Of a DNA stretch of 64,000 nt, positions 8,651 to 19,400 are shown piece after piece. Origin of the DNA: Deltaproteobacteria bacterium. GTDB lineage: Bacteria > Myxococcota_A > Polyangia > Polyangiales > Houyiibacteriaceae. The position numbers were made by a program, and so were the translations under genes. The DNA is taken from positions 32,001-96,000 of the forward strand of contig JAXMNT010000007.1 in the NCBI GenBank assembly GCA_034670305.1. The letters run 5' to 3'. How positions within the stretch are numbered: the stretch's first letter is position 1; every line of letters begins with the position of its first letter. Below the pieces are notes generated by a model. It did not search any database. It had not been told where the DNA came from and worked only from the letters and a program-made list of their open reading frames with translations.

Positions 8651-10140
8651 GGAAGCTCCACCCAGCGCAGTGGAAGGTTCAGTCGCCGTCCCGTGGTTCC
8701 CGAAGCGACCAGGATGCGGCCGGCGTCGTCCGCGTCGAGCGGTCGCTGCCCCTCGTCCAGGGACCGCGCGCTGCCGTCCGACGTCGCGGTGGCGACGACC
8801 GACCAACCCATCGGTTCTCCACGGCCGATGAAGAGGTGGCCAGGCGCTGTGCGGAGCACGTCCCCTTCCTGCCACGCGATCGAGGCCGCGTGACCGTCGA
8901 GTGTGGTCCAGTGCAGTCGCCCCTCGTGGACCGAGTGGGGTTGTCCGTGCATGATCACCGGCTCCCCCGGCAGCGTGAGCGGTCGTCGGCGAAGCGTCGT
9001 GAGGGACACCCACGCCTCGGGGCCGACAATGGAGTCCGCCTCGAGTGGCCAGACGCGCGCGCGGTAGAGGGTCTCGTCGGGCCGGCCGGGGTGAAGAAAA
9101 CGTCCGCTCCGGTCGAAGCCGCCGGTGCGGCAGCGTTCGCTTCCGCGAAACGCGAGCACCTCCATGTCCTGCGACTCGCAGGCGACCAATGCCCAACCTC
9201 CGACTGCGCCGACCCAGTGCACGCCGCACTCCGCCGGAATGGTGGTGGCGCCATCGCTCTGGAACTGGCGCACGTTCACCCCCACCCCCGCCGCGGCGCC
9301 TGGATGGACCGCGGCGATGTGCTCGGCGCCCAGCGTGGCGACCGCGGGTGGCGTGTCGGTCAAGGTGACCTCGCCCGAGGTGAGGCGGGCGTGGAGCGGA
9401 TGGACCTCGCCGGATGGGCGGGCGTTCTTGCCATCGAGTTCCCCGCAGGCTTCGGGGCGGGGTTCCCGCCAACCCTCCGCGGCCGAGAGCGCGAAGACGG
9501 TCTGGCCGCCACGCGACAACCAGACTGGTCCCACGTGCGTCCCCTCCGGGATGCGCACGGTCCACGCCCGCGCTTGGTCTTGGTTGCGGACGAGCGCTTG
9601 GACTCGGAGGCCGACGTCGGGGTCCACGAACGCCACCCGCGCCCCCGTGGGGTCGAACGCGCTGGAGATGCGTTGCTGTGGGTCGTACGCGGCCAGGCGC
9701 TCCGTCTGACCCGTCGCCAGTTCGACCAGGTGCAGGGCGGCATCCAGCCGAACCAAGGCAAACCGGCCGCGTGGTCCGAGTCGGACGAGTCCGTCGAGGG
9801 TCATGGTCCCCGCGGCCCGGACGAGGGTGGGGCGGTCGTCGGGACAGTGCAGTACCCACTCGCCGTGTCGACCGGCAGCGACGAACACCGTCTCTCCAGA
9901 AACGCCGATGGCTCCATCGATCGGAACGATGGGTGCTTGGGTGCCCGGCGGAGGCACGGGCGGCTCGGGCAGCGGGTCACAGAGCGGAAGCGTGTCCAGG
10001 CCTGGCGGTTCGGGCACTTCCGAGACGAGCGCTTCGTCGGGTCGGGCCTCGGTTTCGGTCGGGGCTTCGGACGGAGGGTCGTCGTCGCATCCCCAGGTGA
10101 AACCGACCACCACACCGAACCACAGGAGCCAGTACTTCAT
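8647..10140 (-). CDS. Hypothetical lipoprotein, beta-rich (propeller-like)
   Basis: MKYWLLWFGVVVGFTWGC signal/lipobox, Pro/Glu linker, blade-like motif AFDPTGARVAFV. Confidence 0.6.
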   Translation of the reverse strand: MKYWLLWFGVVVGFTWGCDDDPPSEAPTETEARPDEALVSEVPEPPGLDTLPLCDPLPEPPVPPPGTQAPIVPIDGAIGVSGETVFVAAGRHGEWVLHCPDDRPTLVRAAGTMTLDGLVRLGPRGRFALVRLDAALHLVELATGQTERLAAYDPQQRISSAFDPTGARVAFVDPDVGLRVQALVRNQDQARAWTVRIPEGTHVGPVWLSRGGQTVFALSAAEGWREPRPEACGELDGKNARPSGEVHPLHARLTSGEVTLTDTPPAVATLGAEHIAAVHPGAAAGVGVNVRQFQSDGATTIPAECGVHWVGAVGGWALVACESQDMEVLAFRGSERCRTGGFDRSGRFLHPGRPDETLYRARVWPLEADSIVGPEAWVSLTTLRRRPLTLPGEPVIMHGQPHSVHEGRLHWTTLDGHAASIAWQEGDVLRTAPGHLFIGRGEPMGWSVVATATSDGSARSLDEGQRPLDADDAGRILVASGTTGRRLNLPLRWVELP

Positions 10141-10481
10141 CCTGCAGAGCCTAGCGTGAAGCGGGTCGGACGCAGCCGCTCGCTGTCCGGTGCCACCACG
10201 GCATGAATGCCCCGCCAATTGCCCATCCTCCCAACAATCGCACCCGCGCATGCGCGACTCTGGAAACACCGCTTGATTGGCGGACCGCGCCGCGGTTACC
10301 ATCGCCCGCGCTCGATGGGGGGCGGCTTTCCTTCGAGAATCCTTGAGTTTTTTAGGTTCGAGGCCCCTCCCGCGGGCACCTCGAAGGACTGCGTTTGCGG
10401 GCAGTGTTTGGGGTGACGAGGGTGTGGATTCGACTTCGTAGAACGCGTGTTTTCATCACGAGTTGGGAGGCATAGGAGCCG

Positions 10482-13400
10482 ATGGCGTCGCTGACGGTCT
10501 CGAACTACTTGGGCATGTTGCAGGACGATCCGGAGAACCGGGAATCGTTCGAGGGACTGCGCGATGTGCTTGCCTCCGGAGATCCAGCGTTGCTGGGGGA
10601 TCAGCCCATGCGGCTGCTGGAGGCTGCGCGGCACGAACATGAAAAACACGGCGAGACCCAAGCGGTCGCGTGGTTGATCGAGCTGGAGTCGTCGCACAGC
10701 GACGACGACCCACGGTTCCAAGCCGCGCTTTGCAAGGAGCTCGGTCGGATCAAACACGAAGAACTGCTCGACGACGCCGGCGCACTCGAAGCGTACGCGA
10801 GGGCGCTCGAACTCAAACCGGGCGACGAAGACGTCGAGGTGGCGATCGAGGAGATCGAACAATCCGCCGAGAAGTGGCGGGCCATCGCGGACCGCTTCAT
10901 CGACGAAGCCAAAGACGCGAGCGACGCATCGCTCAAGGCTTCGATGCTCGCGCGCGCGGCCGGGCTGGTGTGGCAACACCGGACGAAGGGCCGCAACAAG
11001 GAAGTCGACAAGCTCTTCAAGCGGGCGCTTGCGGCCGATCCATCGAGCACCCGGGCAGCCCGACTCTATTGTGTGACGTTGCGCAACCGCGAGAAGTTCG
11101 CGGAAATGGCCGAGGTGCTGCGCACGACCGCCGACGCGGCACGCGGCCGCGACGACAAGCTGATGCTCTACCTCCACGCCGCGCGTGTGAGTCTGCATCA
11201 GCTCGCAGACCGTCCTGCTGCAGCGGGCTGCTACGAACGCGTGCTCGATTTCGTGCCCGGCCACGAAGAAGCGCTGCGGTTCTTGGTCGAACACTTCACG
11301 CGGCAAGAGGAGTGGGACCACCTCGTTGCACTCTATGAAGACGCGCTCCGTTCGCGACAGAAGCTCGAGAGCGAACAAGGGATCCTGCTGCAGATCGGCA
11401 TGGTCCATTGGCGGATCCGCAACGCGCCCAAGCAAGCCGAACCGTACTTCGCGCGGCTTCGAAAGATCGATCCGGCGCACCCGGGGATGCTCGGGTTCTA
11501 CCGCGAGTACCTGACGGCGCTGGCAGACCACGAAGATTCGGACATCGCATCGGACGCATCGATCCGACTGCTGACGATTCTCACGGATGCCCAGCGCGTC
11601 GCGAACGACGAGTCGCTCAAGGTCGAACTGGCCGTGGAGCTCGCCCGCGCGGCCCAGCGCACCGATGCGACCGAACGCGCGATCGACGCGTGGAAGTCCG
11701 TCCAGCGGATCGACCCCACCCACGAGGAGGCCGGTCAGGCCCTGCGTGGGCTGTACCGACGCGGGCAGAAGTGGAACGCGCTCGTCGAGGTGATGCGCGC
11801 CGAACTGGATGCGTTGCCGGCCAACTCGGAAGACGACGCGCTCCGCAGCCGAAGGGTGGAGTTGCTGCGTGAACTGATCGTCATCTACCGCGACGAGTTG
11901 AAGCTCGACGTGATGGTGATCAACACCTGGAACGCGCTCCTCGAAGAAGACCCGAGCGACCCAGAGGGTCTTGCGCAGCTGGCCGCCACCTACGAGGGCA
12001 TGGGCCGCTGGAACGACCTCATCCAAGTGCTGACGAAGCAGGTCGATGCGACCGACGACACCACCGAGAAGGTCTCGCTCCTGTCCCGCATCGCCGGCCT
12101 CTGGATCGACCGGTTCGCGAACTACAACCAAGCGACCACGCCGCTCGAAGCGGTGATCGATCTGGAGCCCGAGAACCGCGATGCGCTGAGCCAGCTCAAG
12201 ACCATCTACACCAAGAAGCGGTCCTGGAAGCAGCTGTACGCGGTGCTCGAAAAGGAGTCGCAACTCGCGAGCGATCCCGAAGCCCGACTGGCGATGAAAC
12301 TCGAGCTCGCGAAACTCGCGGGCGACCGGCTTCACCAGCACGCCGAAGCCATCCAGCTGTGGCGCTCGATCCTCGAGGAGGCGCCCGACACGGAAGGCGC
12401 GATTCCCACGCTCGAGAAACTCGCCGACCGCGAGAAGGACTGGACCACACTTGCGTTTGTGCTCGAGCTCCGCGTGGACCGCGAAGACGGGGACAAGGGC
12501 AAGATCAAGGTCCTGCAGAAGCTGGGTGGCGTCTACGGCGAGCACCTCGACGACCCGGCCAAGGCGGCCGACACCTGGAAACGCATTCTCGAAGTCGACC
12601 CGAAGAACGGGCGTGCGCTCCGGACCCTGCGGGAGGCATTTCTCAAGGGCCAGGACTGGGATGGGCTCGAAGCGCTGTACGCGGAAGCGGAGGACTGGGA
12701 AGGCTTGGTGGACGTGCTCGGGAGCGCCGCAGAACGCACCGACGATCCCCAAGTCACCGTCACCCTCTCGTTTCGGGCCGCCGCGGTCTACGAAGAGAAG
12801 ATCGGCAAACCCGAGCGCGCGTTCCGAAGCTACGAACGCGTCCTGAAGGTCGAGCCGAACAACCTCGAGGCGGCGCGTGCACTCGTGCCCATCTACGAGG
12901 CCCAGGAGAAGTGGCCTCAGATCGTCGCGATGAAAGAGATCCTCATCGGAGGCATGGACGACGACGCCGACAAGCTGGTCGCGGCCGACGAGCTTCGTGC
13001 ACTGTATGCGGAACGACTTCGCGACGAAGCCGGCGCATTCGAGTGGGCGAAGCTGGCCTACGAACTCTCCCCCGACGACGCTGAGATGCAGGGTCACCTG
13101 GAGACCGCGGCCGGTGCCGCCGGCAGCTGGGAGGAACTGGCAGCCGTCTACCAGAAGCGGCTCGCGGACGACGCGACCTCAGACGACACCAAACTCGCGC
13201 TTGGTCGGCGTCTCGCCACGATCAGCGGAGAACGGCTGGGCAAGACCGACGAAGCCATCTCGCAGCTCGAGCGGGTGCTCGAAGGCGATCCCTCGGACGT
13301 CGAGACCCTCAAGTTGTTGGACGGACTCTACCGAGCCGAGGGGCGCACGGAAGACCTTCGCCGACTTGGCGAACATCGCCTCGAACACGCGCTCGACGAC

Positions 13401-16400
13401 GCCAGCCGTCGGGACGCGTTGGTGGACTTGGCGCACCTCGAAGAGGATGTGCTGGAGGACGCCGACGCGGCCGCCGCCCGGTACCGCAAGGTCCTGGAAC
13501 TCGACGCGGAAGACACCGAAGCGCTCGGTGCACTCGACCGACTCGCGGTGCTCGCCGAGCGCTGGGACGAGCTCGTCGATGTGTTGCGCCGCCGCATCTT
13601 GATCGCGGAAGAGGACGACCAGGCAGAGCTTGGCGTCCGTCTTGGGGACTTGCTGCGGTCCCACACGGGCGACAACCGCGGGGCCCTCCAAGCGTACGCC
13701 GAGGTGCTGCACATCCAACCTCGCAGCGGGCGCGCGATTCTGGGATTGGAAGCCGTGGCGGAAGCCGATCCGGAGTTGGTGCTCGAGACGGGCCGCCACC
13801 TGGAACCGGCCTACGAGTCCACGAACCAATGGGAGAAGCTCGCTTCGGTCCTCAAGGCACGGCTTCGCGCCACCGAGGACGGCGACGACAAACGCGCTCT
13901 GCGGCTTCGGCTCGCCGAGCTGCAGTCGACCACGCTCGGGGACACCGAGGGCGCGTACAACGCGCTCGAAGCGGCCTTCCTCGACCGACCGTCCGACGTC
14001 GAACTATGGGATCGATTGGCGGCTGCGGCCGATGCCGGCGGCAAACACGAGGCGCTCGTGCTCGCGTTCGCGACGGGCATCGAAGCCGGTGGCCTCGGCG
14101 CCGCCGACGTGGCGCAGCTCTCGGGACGCGTGGCGGAGATCTACGATGTGGTGCTCGGTCGTCCGCCGGAGGCGGAACCGTTCCACAAGCGGGTTCTGCA
14201 GGACGATCCCCTCCACGAGCGCGCGTTCCTCGCGCTCAAAGAACTCTACACGGACGGTGAGCGCTGGGACGACCTCCAGATGCTGTACCGCAACCGCATC
14301 GCCGAGACGGTGGACGGAGACTCGAAGCGCGAACTGCTCCTGCAGGTCTGCTTCCTCTTCGAGGAGATCCTCGAGGACCCGTTGCTCGCGATCCGCTCGT
14401 ACCAGGAGGTCCTGGAGCTCGACCCCGACCACGAACCGTCCCGGGCGGCGCTCAACCGGCTCTACCGACGCAGTGAGCAGTGGCGCGACTTGGTGGCGCT
14501 GCTTCGGCAGGACGTCGACCGGACGATGGACGACGACCGCGCGCGGCTGGCGCTGACGTTCGAGATCGGTGAGTTGCACGAACAGAAGCTCGAAGATCCC
14601 GGCGTCGCGGTCGACTGCTACGAGCAGGTGCTCGAGGCGAGCCCCACCCACGTCAAGGCCCAACAGGCGCTCGAACGGCTCATCGACGTCGGTGCGCAGC
14701 GGCAGCGGGTGGCAGCGATCCTGGAGCCCCTCTACGAAACCCAAGGGGCCTGGGCCGAGCTGGCGCGGGTGCTCGCGGTGCAACTCGAAGCCGTCTCCGA
14801 CCCTGGTTCGCGCGTGGGTCTGCTGACCCGGCTTGCCGCCTTGCGCGAAGACAAGCTCGGAGATTCGGAAGGTGCGTTCTCAGCCTTCGCCGATGCGGTG
14901 ACCACCGATCCTGCCGACGCCACCTCGAGGCAGGAACTCGGACGTCTGGCGACACTGCGCGGCGCCGATCGCGAGCGGGCAGAAGTGCTCGAGACCGCGG
15001 CCGCGTCCGCGGACGGCTACCTCAAAGCGGAGATCTTGCTGGAGCTGGCCCGCCTCTGGGACGACCAGGTCGGCGATCGAGAAGCCGCCGAGCGCACCTA
15101 CACGAAACTCATCGAAGTCGACGGGGACAACCCAGACAGTGTGTTGCCTGCGGCGCGTGCGCTCGAGCGCATCCACCTCGCGAACGACGACCACCCGAAG
15201 CTCGCCGAGGATCTGCGGCTTCAGATCAAGCTCAACTACGACCCCGACGAGAAGCGCGGCCTCTTGATCCGGCTCGCGCTCTTGCTCGAGGACGTGCTCG
15301 AAGACGTGCCTGGCGCGATCGCTGCGCAGCGTCAGCGGCTCGACCTCGATCCGGACGACACCGACGCGCTCCGCGCACTCGAACGGCTCTACGAGCGCGA
15401 AGGCGAATGGCAGAAGCTGGTCGGTGTGCTGCAGAGCCGCGACTCTGCGACCACCGACGCCGGCGAGCAGGAGACGATCGCGCAGCGCATCGGCGAGATC
15501 TACGAGACCAAGCTCGACGACGCGGACGACGCCATCGTCGCGTACAACGACGCCCTCTCGAGGTTCGGTCCGTCCGAAGGCACGCTGATCGCACTCGCCC
15601 GGCTCTACGCCGGCAGTGAGAAGTGGGACGACCTGCTCGAGATCCTCGAGATGAAACTCGAGCGCGCGACCGCGGACGACGAACGCGCCGACCTGCACTT
15701 CCGGATGGCGCAACTCATGCGGACCCGCACCGGCGACGTGGAGCGTGCGGTGGAGGTCTACGCCGAGGTGCTGAGTCTCTCGCCAGGCCATCCGGGCGCC
15801 GTCGAAGCGCTCGAAGAAGTCATCACGAATCCCAACGCGGACTTCCGCGTGGAAGCCGCTCGTACCCTCGTTCCGTTCTACACGGAGCAAGGCCGACACG
15901 GCGATCTGGTCGGGGCGCTCGAAGTCGTCGCGGAGACCGACGATCCGACCGAGAAACTGCAAGCGCTTCGCCGCGCGTCCGAAGTCGCCGAGATGGGGCT
16001 CGAGGACGAGGGCCAAGCCTTCCGTTTGACCGCCGCGGCCGTACGCGCCGCGTTGGGGGAGGGCAACCTCGGTCCGATGCTGGCGGACCTCGAACGGCAC
16101 GCGGTGTCGGCCGAGAAACACGCCGAACACGCGGAGCTCCTCGAGGCGATCGCACCGGACATCCTCGACGGGGATCTGCAGACCGAAGCGTTGATGCGCT
16201 GCGCGCTCGTCGTGCGCACGCGGCTCGAGGATCGCAGCCGCGCCCGGGCGCTCTACCAGCGGGTCTTGGACCATCGCCCCGAGCACCGTCCGGCGCTCGA
16301 TGCCCTCGAGGAACTGCACGCGGAGGTCGACGACCACCACGCGTTGCTCGACATCCTGCGTCGCAAGACCGATCTGGCCGACAGCCCGGAAGCGCGCATC

Positions 16401-19400
16401 GCGTTGCTCGAACGGCAAGCGCAGATCTGTGAGGACCACACGGGCGACCTCGTCTCCGCGATCGACGCGTACGAGCAAGTGCTGGGCGAACAAGACACCC
16501 GGCGCGAAGGCTACGAAGCGCTTCGGCGGCTCTACGCCAAGGCCGAACGCTGGCCGGATCTCTCCGCGACGCTCGAGCGACAGCTCGAGGCCGGCGCGGG
16601 CGATCCAGTCGAGGTTCGCTACGAACTGGGTCGGGTCTCCTTGCAGCGTCTGAACGACGCGTACGTGGCACTCGATCACTTGCGCGAAGCATTGGCGCTC
16701 GATTCGGGACACGAGCCGTCGATCGCGCTGCTCGAGTCGATGATGGCTCAGGACGAACACCGCGGAGACGCGGCTGAGATCCTGGAACCCGTCTTCCTCG
16801 GCCGGATGGATTGGCCGAAGGTCACGTCCACGCTCGAAGCACGCATCTCGTCGACGGATGCCCCCGAGGACAAGAAACCTCTGCTCGCCAAACTCGGACA
16901 GATTCACGAGGACTACCTGGAGGATCTGGAGGGCGCGCTCGCGGTGTACATCCGACTCTTCCAGTCGGACCCCGCCGACCGGGGAAGCTGGGAGACGTTG
17001 GCGCGGCTCTCCCGCATCCTCGAATCGCACGACGCAGTGGCGGCTGCCTACGGTGGCGTGGTCGAACGTGGCGGCGTGGTGGACGAAGACACCGCGGAGC
17101 TCGCGCGCATGGCCGGCCGACTCTACGACGACAAACTCGGCGACGCGGAACACGCGACCGGCATCTGGACCAAGGTGCTCGAGTTCGAACCCACCGATCG
17201 CGAGGCCTTCGAGGCGCTCGAGCGCGGCTACGGCAAACTCGAACGCCACGACGCGCTGCTCGACCTGTTCCGCCGCCGGGTGGACTACGGCGAGAGCGAC
17301 GAGGAGCGCGTACAGCTCCTGCACAAGATCGCGGCGCTCCACGAGCAGCGCGAAGAAACCGAAGAAGCGATCGCCGCGTTTCGCCGCGCGCTGGAGTTCG
17401 ATCCGGCCGACGCGACCGCCACGCAGGCCTTGGACCGGCTGCTCGGCGGCGCCGCGCGTTGGGATGATCTCGCAGACCATCTTCGGTTCCGGATCGACAA
17501 CGCCGCGGGCACCGATGCGGAGTTCGAACTGAAGCACCGGCTTGGTGTGTTGCTCTCGGAACAGCTCGGCGAACACGAACGCGCGATCGATGTCTTCGAG
17601 GAGATCGTGGTCGAGCGACCGAACCACCAGAAGACGATCGAATCGCTCGAGGGGCTGGTCACGCGAGAAGCCTTGAGAGGACGGCTGACCCAGATCCTGG
17701 AGCCGCTCTACCGCGCGCAGGACCAGTGGATGAAGCTGGTCGCCGTGCTGGAGGCGCGGGTGAACCTTGCGGAACATCCGGCGGACCAGGCGCCGATCTT
17801 GGCCGAGATCGGCCGACTGCACGAAGACCGTGGAAGCGACCCTGGCCGCGCCTTCGTGGCGTGGACGCGGGCGTTCGTCTGTGATCCCCAGGACGACGCG
17901 GCGCGCGGCGAAGTCGACCGGCTCGCCGGATTGCTCGAAGCCTGGGACGCGCTCATCGCAGCCTACGAAGAAGCGCTGCGCAAGAGCGACGATCCCATGC
18001 TCGGGTCCCGTCTGCTTGGCGTGATCGCACGTGTGCACGACGAACGTCGGGGCGACCCGCGCTCGGCGATCGAGACCTACGAGCGGCTCGCCGCCCATGA
18101 TCAAGAAGACCTCACCGCACTCGACGCACTCGAAGCCCTTCACACGATGGTGGGCGACTGGCGCGGCTTGGTGGAGGTGCTCGACCGAAAGGTGGAGCGA
18201 ACCTACGAGCCCGAGGCCCGCGCGGAACTGCTTCGGCAGGCGGCTTCCGTTCTCGAGGAGCTGCTCGGCGACCCGAAGGGCGCCATCGTGCTCTACCAGC
18301 GCGCCAGCGACGAAGACCCGAACGACGTCATCGCGCTCGAAGCGCTCGACCGGCTCTACGCCTCGTCGAGCAACGACGAGAAGCTCGCCGAAGTGCTCCT
18401 GCGACGCATGGAGGCCGATCCTGACGTCGAGACCCGCGTGGAGCTCGGACAGCGGCTCGCCCAGCTCTACGAGACGCAGCTCGACCGTCCCCACGACGCG
18501 ATCGATGTGTTCGTCCGAGTGCTCGAGATGGACCCGCAGAACACGCCATCGGTCACCGGCCTCGGCCGGCTGTACGAACGGCAGGCGATGTGGCCGGAGC
18601 TCTTGGACAACCTGAAGCTGCGGGCGGGCCTCGCCGAGTCGTCGACCGACCGAGTGGCGCTCATCCACCGCGCCGGCGCGGTCACCGAGCGCGAACTCGA
18701 CGACGTGCTCGAAGCGCTGGTCCTCTATCAGCAGGTGCTCGACATCGACAACCGGCACGAGCCGTCGCTTCAAGCCTTGGTGCGCATCAGCCACCTCGAG
18801 GACTACCGGCTGCAGGCGGCCGAGATCCTCGAGCCGCTGCTCCATGTGCACGAACGCTGGGACCTGCTCGCAGATCTCAAGAAGCTGAAGGCCGATGCGG
18901 CCACCGACCCGTTCGACAAGAAGGCGGAACTGAGCGCGCTCGCCCAGGTTCGCGAGAGCGGGCTGCAAGACACGCAGGGCGCCTTCGATGCGTACGCTGC
19001 GGCCTTCGCGGAGGACCCGGCGGATGAAGACATCGCCGAACACCTCGAGCGGCTGGCGGCGATGACCGACGGCTACGGACGGCTCGCCGACGAGCTCTCG
19101 ACCCGCGCCGGCGGAGCGCTCGATCCGGTCGTCGCACGCGGTCTGTTCGAACGGCTCGCCCGCATCGCCGAGGAACGACTCGACGACCCAGCCCGTGCGA
19201 TCGATGCGTACGCGAGGGCCCTCGAGCAGGTCGGCGACGACGAGGACCTTCTCGCCGCACTCGACCGGCTCTACGTCAAGACCGAGAACTGGAGCGCGCT
19301 CGTCGAAGTGCTGGAGCGCCGTACCAACCTCGCCGACGACCCGACCGAACGCGCCGCGCAGCGGGTGCGTCTGGGCGAGATCCGCGAGACCCACCTCGGT

